Shown in pieces: positions 47,128-57,266 of a stretch of 64,000 bases of DNA. Under the pieces are notes generated by a model. It was given only the letters and a program-made list of their open reading frames with translations, had not been told where the DNA came from and searched no databases. Made by a program: the position numbers and the translations under genes. Each line of letters starts with the position of its first letter. The first letter of the stretch is position 1. The stretch covers positions 3,891 through 67,890 of the forward strand of contig DYLF01000003.1 in the NCBI GenBank assembly GCA_020722205.1, read 5' to 3'. The DNA is from Desulfobacca acetoxidans (GTDB lineage: Bacteria > Desulfobacterota > Desulfobaccia > Desulfobaccales > 0-14-0-80-60-11).

Positions 47128-47682
47128 ATGGGGTTGAAATCTTTTCTGGTTACTATTTATCGACTTCCGTCTGATATGTTCAAGCGCGTTTGGCTTCTTC
47201 TAAGTATCCTGGTATTTATTTGGGGATGCGCTCCCATTTCTCAGGCGCTGGTGCGTCAGAGTGAGCCGGACGTTCGATTTAGGGCCCTGAAGGAGAATCC
47301 CGGTCTCTATCAGGGCAAGACAGTGATCCTGGGCGGGGAGGTAGTCTCCGTCACGCTCAAGGACGGCAACAGTGTTTTGCTGGTGGCACAAAAGGCGCTG
47401 GACTCCCGCCAACGGCCGGTGGATGACGCCCGCGAGGACGGTTTTTTCCAGGTAGTCAGCCTCTGTTGGCTGGACCCGGATGCTTATATCCCCCGGCGCA
47501 AGGTAACGGTTGCAGGAGTGGTTTTGGGAGACCGGAAAGGCTTGCTTACTTTGCAGGCTCAAGAGATTTATCTATGGGAAGACCCCCGCCAGCTGGACGA
47601 CTTCCTTAGGGAATGGTTCGAGCCGGAATTGCATGACTGGTTTACTCGGCCCTATTTCGACCCCTGGAAAGCAAGCTGGTGA
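47128..47682 (+). CDS. slp: Slp-family outer-membrane lipoprotein
   Basis: Lipobox 'FIWGC'. 'YQGKTVILGGEVVSV' and 'LDPDAY..RKVTVAG' follow the Slp pattern. Confidence 0.7.
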   Translation: MGLKSFLVTIYRLPSDMFKRVWLLLSILVFIWGCAPISQALVRQSEPDVRFRALKENPGLYQGKTVILGGEVVSVTLKDGNSVLLVAQKALDSRQRPVDDAREDGFFQVVSLCWLDPDAYIPRRKVTVAGVVLGDRKGLLTLQAQEIYLWEDPRQLDDFLREWFEPELHDWFTRPYFDPWKASW

Positions 47683-47757
47683 TTCTTGGCCCGTGCCCAT
47701 CCAAAAACTCTGGTCTTGGCCCGTAGGGGCAAGTCCGGGTTGGAAGACAAAAGGGTC

Positions 47758-48810
47758 ATGTCCCGGATACTTTTTGCAGTGCACGGCACCGGCCATGGGC
47801 ATGCGGTGCGGGCTCTGACCATTGCCCGGCACTTTCGGCAGCACGACTTTTGGTTCATCAGCCACGGCACGGGCGCGGCGATTTTGGGCCGGGAGTTCCC
47901 AGTGGTGGAGCTCGCCAGTTTGGTCACGGTGGTGCACCAGCAGCGGGTGCGGCCGGTCGCCACACTACGGAGCAATGTCAAAGCTGCCGTCGGCTGGCGG
48001 CGCCTGGTGGGACGATATATAAAGGTTGTGGAGCAGATACGTCCTGACGCCGTTCTAGCGGACTATGAACTTTTTCTGCCGCTGGCCTGCCGCCGTCTGG
48101 GACTACCCTGCCTAAATATAGACCATCAGCATGTGATTACCGCCTGCCGGCATCCCTCGGTGCCCCGCAGCCAGCGCCTGAGTTACCTGACCACCTATCT
48201 GATCATCAGGTGCCTGTATAGTTTTGCCTCCCAATACCTGGTGACCTCTTTTTTCCGGCCGCCGGTAAAAAAGGGACTCATGAATCTGAAGCTGGCCTCA
48301 CCTCTGCTTCGGGCCGGTGTGTTGGCCCGGCAACCCAGGCCGGGGGAGCATGTGGTGGCCTACCAAGGCTATTCGACCTTTCAGCGGTTTTTCCCCTTCC
48401 TGAGCAGCATCCCCCGGCCGGTTTATGTCTATGGCTTTAATCTGGACAAACAGGAGGGCAATTTGATTTTCAAGCCGACCTCGGAAGACGGGTTTTTAGA
48501 TGATCTGGCCTCCTGTGCTTACGTGGTATGCGGCGGCAGCCACTCGCTCATTTCTGAAGCCCTGTATTACGGCAAGCCGGTGTTTGCCTTTCCCATCAAA
48601 GACGCCTTTGAGCAGTTTATCAACGCCTTTTACCTGGAACATCTGGGTTACGGGTCTTATTGTCTTGATTTTAAGCCGTCGCCGGGGTTGGTGGCGGCTT
48701 TTGAGTCCAAGCTGCCGGATTTTCGGCGTTGTCTCGAGGAACAGTCGTTCAACGGCAACCCAGAGATTTTCGCGGCGTTGGAAAGTTTTATTGCCAGCGG
48801 CAGCCTTTAG
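47758..48810 (+). CDS. GT-B glycosyltransferase (MJ1255/UDP-glycosyltransferase-like)
   Basis: 'ILFAVHGTGHGHAVRALTIA' N-terminus and C-terminal 'VVCGGSHSLISEALYYGKPVFAFP'. Confidence 0.7.
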   Translation: MSRILFAVHGTGHGHAVRALTIARHFRQHDFWFISHGTGAAILGREFPVVELASLVTVVHQQRVRPVATLRSNVKAAVGWRRLVGRYIKVVEQIRPDAVLADYELFLPLACRRLGLPCLNIDHQHVITACRHPSVPRSQRLSYLTTYLIIRCLYSFASQYLVTSFFRPPVKKGLMNLKLASPLLRAGVLARQPRPGEHVVAYQGYSTFQRFFPFLSSIPRPVYVYGFNLDKQEGNLIFKPTSEDGFLDDLASCAYVVCGGSHSLISEALYYGKPVFAFPIKDAFEQFINAFYLEHLGYGSYCLDFKPSPGLVAAFESKLPDFRRCLEEQSFNGNPEIFAALESFIASGSL

Positions 48811-48830
48811 GGCCTGAAGGAGGGCTGGGT

Positions 48831-50576
48831 ATGAAAAATCAGGAGTTGGCCAGGATCTTCGGGGAGATTGCTGAATACCTGGAGATGGAGGGGGTTAGGT
48901 TCAAGCCCTATGCTTACCAGAAGGCCGCCCTGACCCTGGCTGCCTTGCAGGAAGATGTGGGGGAGGTGTACCGCCGAAGCGGCCTCAAGGGTCTGAGGGC
49001 CATCCCCGGGGTGGGAGAGAGCATCGCAAGCAAGATCGAAGAATATCTTACCAGCGGCAAGATCGCCTACTATGAGGAGTTCAAACGGAAGTTGCCCATC
49101 GATTTGGACGCCATCATTCGGGTGGAGGGTATGGGTCCTAAGAAGGCGAAGGTGCTTTACGAGAAGCTGGGGGTTACCACCCTGGAGGAGCTGGAGGAAG
49201 CTGCCCGGAGCCATAAGATCGCTCCCCTTTTCGGTTTCGGCGACAAGACGGAAGAGAACATCCTGGAGGCAATCGAATTTTTGAAGAGAAGCACCGGCAG
49301 GTTTCTCCTGGGCGAAATTTTACCCATAGCTCAAGGGGTGCTGGCCAAATTGGAGGCGTTGCCGGAGGTGACCACGGTCAGCACGGCCGGGTCTTTACGG
49401 CGCATGAAGGAGACCATCGGCGACGTGGATTTTCTGGCCATCTCGGCAGAACCGGCCAAAGTCATGGACTTTTTTGTCTCCCTGCCAGGAGTGGTGAAGG
49501 TGTGGGGCAAGGGAGGGACCAAGGCTTCGGTGCGCCTGCAACAAGGTTTGGACATGGACCTCAGGGTTATTCCGGCTCAGAGTTACGGCGCGGCGCTGCA
49601 ATATTTCACCGGCTCCAAGGAGCACAATATCGCCTTGCGCAAGATTGCCCTCGACCAGGGTCTGAAGCTCAGCGAATACGGGCTCTTTAAAGGATCCGAG
49701 GCCGTGGCCGCCACCTCTGAGGAGGAGGTTTACCACGCCCTGGGGCTGCCCTATATTCCGCCGGAGCTGAGGGAAGACCGGGGAGAAATCGCCGCCGCTC
49801 GTGCCGGTCGGTTGCCGGCCCTGATCGGCTACCAGGACATCAGAGGTGATTTGCACGTGCACTCTGATTGGGACGGCGGGGCTAATTCCCTGGCAGAGAT
49901 TGCGGCCGCCGGCCAGCGTTTGGGTTATGAATATATCGGCATCGCCGACCACACCAAATTCCTGAAGATTGAGCGGGGTCTGGATGAAGAAGCGCTCCTG
50001 GCCCGCAACCTGGAAATTGACCGCCTGAACCGAAGCTTTGAAAAAGCCGGGCTCTCCTTCCGCTTGCTCAAAGGCTGCGAAGCCAACATCATGGCCGACG
50101 GCGCCATCGACATTGTTGATGAGGTGCTGGCCCAACTGGACTTTGTCATCGCCGGCATCCACTCACACTTTAAGATGAACCGGGAGCAGATGACCGCCCG
50201 GTTGGTTACGGCCATGCAGAATCCTCATGTGGACATCATTTCGCACCCTACCGGAAGAATCATCAAGCGGCGTGATGAATACGCCATTGATTTGGAGACG
50301 ATCCTTACGGTAGCCAGGGATACGGGCACGGTGCTGGAAATCAATTCCTATCCGGAGCGGCTGGACTTAAACGACCTGAACATTCGCCGGGCCAAAGAGA
50401 TGGGCATCAGGATGGTCATCAGCACGGACGCTCACCAGATCGACCAGCTCAACCTGATGATTTATGGGTTGGGCCAAGCCCGGCGGGGCTGGGCGGAGAA
50501 GGCCGATATCATCAACGCTTGGTCGGTGACGGACTTGTTGCAGAGCCTGAAGAAACCAGCCGCCGGCCAGCTGTGA
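48831..50576 (+). CDS. polX: Family X DNA polymerase with a C-terminal PHP domain
   Basis: '[21 protein letters not shown]', HhH '[12 protein letters not shown]', '[16 protein letters not shown]' and PHP motif '[12 protein letters not shown]'. Confidence 0.85.
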   Translation: MKNQELARIFGEIAEYLEMEGVRFKPYAYQKAALTLAALQEDVGEVYRRSGLKGLRAIPGVGESIASKIEEYLTSGKIAYYEEFKRKLPIDLDAIIRVEGMGPKKAKVLYEKLGVTTLEELEEAARSHKIAPLFGFGDKTEENILEAIEFLKRSTGRFLLGEILPIAQGVLAKLEALPEVTTVSTAGSLRRMKETIGDVDFLAISAEPAKVMDFFVSLPGVVKVWGKGGTKASVRLQQGLDMDLRVIPAQSYGAALQYFTGSKEHNIALRKIALDQGLKLSEYGLFKGSEAVAATSEEEVYHALGLPYIPPELREDRGEIAAARAGRLPALIGYQDIRGDLHVHSDWDGGANSLAEIAAAGQRLGYEYIGIADHTKFLKIERGLDEEALLARNLEIDRLNRSFEKAGLSFRLLKGCEANIMADGAIDIVDEVLAQLDFVIAGIHSHFKMNREQMTARLVTAMQNPHVDIISHPTGRIIKRRDEYAIDLETILTVARDTGTVLEINSYPERLDLNDLNIRRAKEMGIRMVISTDAHQIDQLNLMIYGLGQARRGWAEKADIINAWSVTDLLQSLKKPAAGQL

Positions 50577-50626
50577 GGTTTAGGTAGTGCTCATTCGGAA
50601 ACTTTCAACTTTTTTGAGCAGAGTTT

Positions 50627-52549
50627 ATGAAGCGGCACATTTATTTGCGTTTGAAGACGGTGGCAGAGGCGCGGGAGCTTTTTTTCTCCCGGTTCGATCT
50701 GGACACCATGTTGGCCCCCGAAGAGATTGCCACCGTGGCGGCCAGAGGCCGGGTGACTGCGACTCCGGTTTGGGCCCGGTGGTCGTCGCCGACAATGCAT
50801 CAGGCCGCCATGGACGGCTTTGCGGTGGCGGCGGCGAGTACCTTTGGAGCCACTCCTGAGCATCCCCGCTATCTGGCCGTGGGTCAGGAGGCCTATCCCA
50901 TCAATACCGGCCATCCCTTGCCGCCCGGCACGGATGCGGTGATCATGGTGGAGCAAGTGCCGGCTCCGGAGGCAGACCCTATTACAGTGGAGGCAGCGGT
51001 CTTTCCTTGGCAAAACGTACGGCGCATGGGGGAGGACCTGGTGGCCGGTGAGATGGTGTTGGCCGAGAAGGTGGAAATAACTCCTTGGGCTCAGGGGGCG
51101 TTGTTGGCCGCCGGGGTGACGCGGGTGCTGGTGCGCCGGCGGCCGCGGGTGGCCATCATTCCCACCGGCTCGGAACTGACGCCGGTCTTTGAAGCGGCTC
51201 AGGGAATCCCCCCCGATTGCCTGCCTGAGTTCAACTCGGTGATTTTGGCTGGACTGGTGGAAGAAGCGGGTGGGGAGGCGGTGGTGAAAGCCATCGTACC
51301 CGATGAGGCGGACGCCTTGAGCAAAGCCATTCGGGAGGCCTTGGCTGACTGCGACCTGGTGATCATCAACGCCGGCTCGTCGGCTGGCACGGAGGACTAC
51401 ACCTACCAGGCGGTGTCCAGGGTGGGGGAGGTGCTGGTGCATGGGGTGTCCATGATGCCTGGCAAACCTACCCTGCTGGGCATTGCGGCGGGCAAGCCGG
51501 TGATCGGCAATCCTGGCTACCCGGTGTCGGCGGTGTTGTCTTTTGAACAATTTGTAGCACCCTTGATAGCCGGTCTGGTGGGCAAGAACCGCCCCCCCCG
51601 CCCTACCCTGCCGGTGTATCCGGCGCAGAACCTCCCTTCCAAGCCGGGCTTGACAGAATTTATCCGGGTGACTTTAGGCCGGGTGGGGGAGCGCGTCATC
51701 GCCACCCCCTTGCCCCGGGGGGCTGGTGTCATCACCTCTTTGGTGAAGGCGGACGGGCTGCTTTTGGTACCAGCCCGCAGCGAAGGCCTGGAGGAGGACC
51801 GGCCGGTGGCGGCGGAGTTGCTGGTACCTTTTGAAGATATCGAAGGCACCTTGGTGATTTTGGGGAGCCACGACAATACCCTGGACCTGTTGGCCACTAT
51901 GTTCAGGCGGCGGAATTCCCGTTTGCGCCTCTCTTCGGGGCACATCGGCAGCCAGGGAGGGCTGATGGCGCTGCGCCAGGGGCGGTGTCATTTGGCGGGC
52001 AGCCATCTATATGATCCGGAGAGCAACAGCTACAATGTCCCATACATCCGGAAGTATCTGGCCGACATGCCTTTGAAGCTTATAAATCTGGCCTGGCGTG
52101 AGCAGGGTTTGATGGTCAGGCCGGGGAATCCCCAACAGATTAGTGGCATCAAGGACCTGGTGCGCCCGGAGGTGCGCTTCATCAATCGCCAGCGCGGGGC
52201 CGGCACCCGGTTGCTGTTGGATTATCTTTTAAAGGAAAAACAACTTGATCCCGTTCAGGTGAGGGGCTACCAGCGGGAGGAGTACACTCACATGGCGGTG
52301 GCCGTGAATGTGTATTCCGGCACCGCGGACGTAGGATTGGGAATTCTGGCGGCGGCCAAGGCCCTGGGGCTGGATTTCATCCCCCTGAGGCCGGAGCGCT
52401 ATGACCTGGTGGTGCCGGACGGCACCTTTAGAGATTATCGTTTTCAGACCTTGCTGGAGGTTATGAGGTCCAAGGAGTTTCGGGCGGCCGTGGCCGCTTT
52501 GGGCGGCTATGACCTGAAGGATTGTGGGGAGGTGGTGTGGGAGCAATAG
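50627..52549 (+). CDS. moeA: MoeA-like molybdopterin molybdotransferase fused to a PBP-like (periplasmic-binding-protein fold) domain
   Basis: MoeA core motifs 'MDGFAV', 'INAGSSAGTEDY' and 'MMPGKP'. The C-terminal ~230 aa resemble the PBP-like domain ('LVILGSHDNTLDLL', 'INRQRGAGTR'). Confidence 0.75.
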   Translation: MKRHIYLRLKTVAEARELFFSRFDLDTMLAPEEIATVAARGRVTATPVWARWSSPTMHQAAMDGFAVAAASTFGATPEHPRYLAVGQEAYPINTGHPLPPGTDAVIMVEQVPAPEADPITVEAAVFPWQNVRRMGEDLVAGEMVLAEKVEITPWAQGALLAAGVTRVLVRRRPRVAIIPTGSELTPVFEAAQGIPPDCLPEFNSVILAGLVEEAGGEAVVKAIVPDEADALSKAIREALADCDLVIINAGSSAGTEDYTYQAVSRVGEVLVHGVSMMPGKPTLLGIAAGKPVIGNPGYPVSAVLSFEQFVAPLIAGLVGKNRPPRPTLPVYPAQNLPSKPGLTEFIRVTLGRVGERVIATPLPRGAGVITSLVKADGLLLVPARSEGLEEDRPVAAELLVPFEDIEGTLVILGSHDNTLDLLATMFRRRNSRLRLSSGHIGSQGGLMALRQGRCHLAGSHLYDPESNSYNVPYIRKYLADMPLKLINLAWREQGLMVRPGNPQQISGIKDLVRPEVRFINRQRGAGTRLLLDYLLKEKQLDPVQVRGYQREEYTHMAVAVNVYSGTADVGLGILAAAKALGLDFIPLRPERYDLVVPDGTFRDYRFQTLLEVMRSKEFRAAVAALGGYDLKDCGEVVWEQ

Positions 52550-52554
52550 ATGCG

Positions 52555-53586
52555 ATGGCGACTCTTATTCCTGGGAACCTGCGCACTACGGCAATGGGTA
52601 TCCTCCCCCACGACGAGGTGGAACCGGCCTTAAAGCTGGCCCTGTTGCTGGACATTCCCTTTTGGCCGCAACTGCCCCGTCTGAGTTTTTATGAAGACAT
52701 GTATGTTCAGGCGGCGGAGCACTTTCCGGGTATCCAGCTTTTCCCGGAGGAAAAAACCTTGCGCTTTGATACCACGGCTTTCTATGAGGAGTTGCCCCAA
52801 CTGCTGGCATATTGGGATGATCTGGATTATTTTGACATTTCTCCGTCTTATTCGGCGGTGTACCATAAGTTTCTTAACCTGGATCTGAGCGGCTATATTG
52901 CAGTGCGCGGGCAGATGGAAGGGCCGGTGAGTTTCGGGATGAAGATTTTAGATGAAAGTGACCGGCCCATCATCTTTAATGATGAGGTGCGGCCGCTGAT
53001 GATGGATTTCATGGCCCGGCGGGTGGAGGCACAATTGGTGCGTCTCAAGGGCAAGCACCCCAATGCTTTCATGTTTGTCGATGAACCCGGTTTGCAATTT
53101 GTCTTCAGTTCCATGTCCGGCTACACCGACCTAAAGGCCAAAGAAGACCTGGATCGGTTCTTCGCGCAGATTCAGCGACCCCGGGGCATTCATCTCTGCG
53201 GCAATCCGGACTGGGAGTTTCTTCTCCACCGGGATCTGGACATCTTGTCCATGGACACCTTTACCAACGGCGAGATCATCCGTTGTTACGCCGGGGCCAT
53301 CAAGCGTTTTCTGGCCCGGGGGGCCGTTCTTTCCTGGGGCATTATTCCCACTTGGTATGAGGCTTTCGGGGAGGCCAATCTGGATCAGTTGACCGCCTAT
53401 CTGGAAGACCTCTGGGAAACGCTGGTGCAGGGGGGGATTGACCGGGAGCAACTCCTGGCTCAGAGCCTCCTGGGTCCGGCCCGTTGTTGTCTGGTAAACC
53501 CGGACCGCACCCAGACGGTGACCCTGGCCTACGCTTGGCTCAGGGAAATGTCCCAGCGCCTGCGGGAGAAGTACAAGTTGCAATGA
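52555..53586 (+). CDS. Single-domain MetE-like (cobalamin-independent methionine synthase catalytic-domain / URO-D-like) Zn-methyltransferase-fold protein
   Basis: 'RTTAMGILPH' resembles MetE 'TTTIGSFPQT'. 'FMFVDEPGL' resembles 'IQIDEPAL'. 'GIHLCGN' carries an H-x-C motif, and 'CCLVNPD' a second Cys region. The gene starts 6 nt after the moeA stop. Confidence 0.6.
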   Translation: MATLIPGNLRTTAMGILPHDEVEPALKLALLLDIPFWPQLPRLSFYEDMYVQAAEHFPGIQLFPEEKTLRFDTTAFYEELPQLLAYWDDLDYFDISPSYSAVYHKFLNLDLSGYIAVRGQMEGPVSFGMKILDESDRPIIFNDEVRPLMMDFMARRVEAQLVRLKGKHPNAFMFVDEPGLQFVFSSMSGYTDLKAKEDLDRFFAQIQRPRGIHLCGNPDWEFLLHRDLDILSMDTFTNGEIIRCYAGAIKRFLARGAVLSWGIIPTWYEAFGEANLDQLTAYLEDLWETLVQGGIDREQLLAQSLLGPARCCLVNPDRTQTVTLAYAWLREMSQRLREKYKLQ

Positions 53587-53737
53587 GCAGTGCTCAGTAA
53601 TCGGTGAGCAGTGGATAGTGTGGGAAAAGGTTTTTTTTGACGACCTTTTTGACCTGGGTTTTGGGAGAATTTTTAGCTAGCATACAGCTCATATTCACTA
53701 CTTACGGCTCATACCTCACGGCTTACGGCTTACGCTC

Positions 53738-54499
53738 ATGAATTCCTGGCGAACACCGGCCATTGTGCTTAAGGTACAGGATTATGGGGAGGCAGACCGC
53801 TTAGTGACCTTCCTTACGCCGGCGCGCGGCCGGTTGACGGGAATGGCCAAACATGCCAGGAAAAGTCGCCGGCGCTTCGCTCATTGTTTGGAGCCGCTAA
53901 GCCGGGTGGAGTTCTTTTTGTCGGGGCGGAATGCAGGCAATCTTGAGTTTATCGAGAAGGGTGAATCAGTGGAGGTTTTTCAAGAGGTACGTCGGAACCT
54001 CCCCCGTTTGGGGGCGGCGGCCCTGCTGGCGGAACTGGCGGGAGAACTGGCAGCCCCTCCGGACGCCACCGTGCAGATCTTTGCCACGGTGGAACTGGCG
54101 CTGCGACGGTTAGAAGGAGGAGACCCCCCGGGTTCGCTGTTGCCGGCTTTCTTGCTGCACCTGTTGAAGTTGGGGGGTTATGGGCTGCATCTGGACAACT
54201 GCCTGAATTGTGGACAGGTCCCCACCGAGGGGCTGTATTTCAGTGTGCCCCGAGGTGTGATCCTGTGCGCGCCATGTTCCCAAGGCGCCTTAGGCCCCTT
54301 GTTGCCGCTTACATTAGGCGAGTGGAAGCTCTTACAACAGGCGGCCAGTTGGCCGGCGAACAAACTGAGCGTGCTGCGTTTCCCGGGTCAGCAGCGGGAT
54401 AAGAGCTTGCGTCTTGTGAAGTTGTTCCTCAGGCATCATTTGGGGCACGACTTGAAGTCCTGGGCTTTTTGGGAAAAAGTAGCCGCAACCAGGGAATAG
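53738..54499 (+). CDS. recO: DNA repair protein RecO
   Basis: 'AIVLKVQDYGEADRLVTFLT..GR' and zinc motif 'CLNCG...CAPC'. Confidence 0.85.
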   Translation: MNSWRTPAIVLKVQDYGEADRLVTFLTPARGRLTGMAKHARKSRRRFAHCLEPLSRVEFFLSGRNAGNLEFIEKGESVEVFQEVRRNLPRLGAAALLAELAGELAAPPDATVQIFATVELALRRLEGGDPPGSLLPAFLLHLLKLGGYGLHLDNCLNCGQVPTEGLYFSVPRGVILCAPCSQGALGPLLPLTLGEWKLLQQAASWPANKLSVLRFPGQQRDKSLRLVKLFLRHHLGHDLKSWAFWEKVAATRE

Positions 54500-54528
54500 A
54501 GGTTGTAGGGTGGCGGTTGGCATGGGTC

Positions 54529-55443
54529 ATGGACAAATTTAAGCGATCGCTGGCCCGCGAGCTATTACGCTGGTATCTGAAGAACTTTCCGTTAAGGGAC
54601 GGCAAAGGTTTTTGTTATCAAAAATTTAACGAGGCCCTGGCGCCAGCAGAGCGCCATGTCATTATGCCGGTCGCTCATGGATTTTCTTTGCGGCTTGATC
54701 TCTGGGAGCCAGCTCAGAGGAAGATTTATTTTTATGGGTCCTATGATGAACGCCATGAGATCAAATTGGTGCAAAGAGTACTGGAAAGAGGAGAGGTTTT
54801 CTGGGATGTCGGCGCAAATATCGGCTATTTTTCCCTGGCGGCGGCGGCAGCCCTTAAGAACACCGGGCAGGTGGCGGCCTTCGAACCGGGGGAGGCGGCC
54901 TATCGCAGTCTGCTGGTTAACATCGCCCTCAACCCTTTTGGCAACATCAGACCCTACCAGGTGGCGGCGTCGGATCTGGAGGGAGAAGGATTCTTGTACC
55001 TGGGGGGGGAATATGCGGACGGCGGCGCCACTTTGTATATTCAGGAGGGGAGGGTCCGGCGCCGCCAGTCCTGTCGGATGGTAAAGCTGGACTGTTTCAG
55101 TCAGGAGGTCGGGCTGGCTGGGCCGGACTTTATCAAGATGGACATAGAGGGAGCGGAACCGGCGGCGCTCCGGGGGTCAACAGAGATTTTGGCGTTACAC
55201 CGGCCGCTGCTCCTGGTGGAGATGAAGGAGGCTACCTTGCAGGCAGCTGGCAGCGACAAAAACGAGGTCCAGGAGCTTCTTGGTAGTTTCGGCTATCGCC
55301 CGGCTTTTCTACACAAGGGGAAATGGCTAACCACTGATGAGGTACAAACAGTAAGAAGCCGGAATATCTTCTGGTTCAACCCCTTATGGCAGAAACACCG
55401 CCGCAAAGCCGGACTGATTCCGGTTGTGGGAGTTGAAAAGTGA
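54529..55443 (+). CDS. FkbM-family SAM-dependent methyltransferase
   Basis: 'FWDVGANIGYFSL', 'AFEP' and 'IKMDIEGAE'. Confidence 0.8.
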   Translation: MDKFKRSLARELLRWYLKNFPLRDGKGFCYQKFNEALAPAERHVIMPVAHGFSLRLDLWEPAQRKIYFYGSYDERHEIKLVQRVLERGEVFWDVGANIGYFSLAAAAALKNTGQVAAFEPGEAAYRSLLVNIALNPFGNIRPYQVAASDLEGEGFLYLGGEYADGGATLYIQEGRVRRRQSCRMVKLDCFSQEVGLAGPDFIKMDIEGAEPAALRGSTEILALHRPLLLVEMKEATLQAAGSDKNEVQELLGSFGYRPAFLHKGKWLTTDEVQTVRSRNIFWFNPLWQKHRRKAGLIPVVGVEK

Positions 55444-55516
55444 AAAGTTCAAAGCTATTTATTTAGCTGTTTACAGGTTGGCGAGCTCAGATCGGCAACC
55501 AGGAGGAGGTGTAAGG

Positions 55517-56047
55517 ATGAGATTGACCGGAAAGAGAATAGCCATTTTGGTGGAGAACCTCTACCAGGATTTGGAGGTTTGGTACCCTCTCTTGCGCTTT
55601 AAAGAGGAGGGCGCGGAGGTGGTGGTGATAGGCTCAGGAAGTGCCGCCAGCTACACCGGCAAGTTCGGCTATCCGGTAGTGGTGGATAAAGAGGCCTCGG
55701 AGGTGACGGCGGCTGAGTTTGACGCGGTGGTGATACCAGGCGGCTACGCCCCGGACATCATGCGGCGCTATTCCGCCATGGTGTCTTTGGTGCGTGAGGC
55801 TCACCTAAATGGGAAAGTGGTGGCCGCCATCTGCCACGGGGGCTGGATGCTGGCTTCTGCCAAAATCTTACCTGGCAAAACGGTGACAGCCTTCTTTGCT
55901 ATCCGAGATGACCTCGAGCACGCCGGAGCAAAGTTTGTGGATGTGGAGGTGGCCGTGGACGGTAATCTTATTACCTCCCGTCAGCCCGAGGATTTGCCGG
56001 CCTTTTGCCGGGCCATAATTGTGGCTTTACAGAGAGGTAAGGGTTAA
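55517..56047 (+). CDS. DJ-1/PfpI-family protein (intracellular protease/glyoxalase-like)
   Basis: 'KRIAILVE', 'DAVVIPGG' and nucleophile elbow 'AAICHGGWML'. GGAGGAGG RBS. Confidence 0.85.
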   Translation: MRLTGKRIAILVENLYQDLEVWYPLLRFKEEGAEVVVIGSGSAASYTGKFGYPVVVDKEASEVTAAEFDAVVIPGGYAPDIMRRYSAMVSLVREAHLNGKVVAAICHGGWMLASAKILPGKTVTAFFAIRDDLEHAGAKFVDVEVAVDGNLITSRQPEDLPAFCRAIIVALQRGKG

Positions 56048-56330
56048 ATAAGGATATAATTCATGTTGCCCAGAAAACCTTAATTATTGGGACAGGTTAT
56101 GGGACAGATGGCCGACCGGCCAGTGGTTGGCATGAATAAATCAAGTCTAATATATTAATAATAACATATAGTTATAATAATGAATAGGATTGGTGCGGTA
56201 TTTGCAGGGTTTTTTGATTACTATAATGATTTTACTACATTTTTTGTGACATCTGAAGACATTTGTCTTATCTGTGACGGACAAAATCTTCCTCCCAGGT
56301 TAGGAAAGAGGGTAACGACCAAAAAAGATA

Positions 56331-57032
56331 ATGGTATTTTCAGAGGCCATGGAAGGACGAAGCAATTCCTGGTTGAGGCATCAGGGTCAAAGAGGGCCGG
56401 GGCAGGAAAAAGACGACCTGCATCGCGCCCTGGTGGCCGGATTGATGCTGGACGTCCTTCTGGAGAGCCCACCGGGTCAGGCTAATCCTCGAGTTAGAAG
56501 GGCCGAGGTCAAGGCCCGGCTCAAGAGCGCCATGGTGGCGCAACTGGCAGGACATATGCCTCTCGAGACTTTCCGCCGGCTAACGAGGAACCTGGATATC
56601 TGGTTTGACCGCTATTATCCTCTGGTTGCTGGCAGCGATCTGGGTGCCACCAGGCAGCTTTATCTAGCCGAGGAACAATCCCCCTATACCTGTCAGTCGC
56701 CGAGACAGTTGCGGGAGACCGTGGGAAGGGGCTTGATAAAGGAGCATCTGGATGGGCTTCAGGAGTTGCTCCCCCGCCGTCGTCACCGCAAGTTGGACCA
56801 GGGAAAGCTGGTGGATTTTCTACAGGAGACACGAGGTGAGTGGTTTCGATTAGGTGATTTTGAAAACTACTTCGGGATGGACCGGAAAACCGCTTGGGAA
56901 TATGTGCAGAAGTTGATCCAAGCGGAGCTGCTAGTGCACAATCAGGGGCGGTCCGCGGCAGTGCGTTACCGGCTGGCAGATCGATTTATCGTTTCAGGTC
57001 AAGGATCTGGTAATTCTGGCAAAAGGTGCTAA
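56331..57032 (+). CDS. Hypothetical protein with a C-terminal winged-helix-like segment
   Basis: 'KLVDFLQETRGEWFRLGDFENYFGMDRKTAWEYVQKLIQAELLVHNQGRSAAVRYRL' looks like a wHTH. The N-terminal two thirds have no recognisable motifs. The RBS is weak. Confidence 0.45.
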   Translation: MVFSEAMEGRSNSWLRHQGQRGPGQEKDDLHRALVAGLMLDVLLESPPGQANPRVRRAEVKARLKSAMVAQLAGHMPLETFRRLTRNLDIWFDRYYPLVAGSDLGATRQLYLAEEQSPYTCQSPRQLRETVGRGLIKEHLDGLQELLPRRRHRKLDQGKLVDFLQETRGEWFRLGDFENYFGMDRKTAWEYVQKLIQAELLVHNQGRSAAVRYRLADRFIVSGQGSGNSGKRC

Positions 57033-57266
57033 CCAACCTCACTTCGCTCTTCAGATTTTCCAACCTGCTTTTCTTCCTTCACGTTTGATGCCTTTGGCTT
57101 CTTCCTGCCTGGGTGGAAATTTGTAAATCAGTTGACCCGTAATGATTCCTTACTCTCTTTTGGTGCGGTTTTAGAGTTGGAGGAAAAGGTAAGACTTTGT
57201 CATTGACCACAAGGGTGAACTTGTGATAGTTTGGACAAGTTAGAATACTTGGAGGCCTTTCCTATC

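Noticed and set aside
50591-51550. 319-aa minus-strand ORF, and similar long antisense ORFs (808-1506, 6089-6751, 15039-15842, 21035-21892, 49395-50162, 59693-60277)
   Set aside because: All lie antisense to genes with strong family motifs. They are Arg/His/Gly/Pro-rich, as expected for GC-rich shadow frames.
56180-56485. 101-aa ORF starting in the AT-rich island
   Set aside because: It is in a different frame from, and overlaps, the better-supported 56331 ORF. Its C-terminal half is Arg/Gly/Pro-rich shadow sequence.
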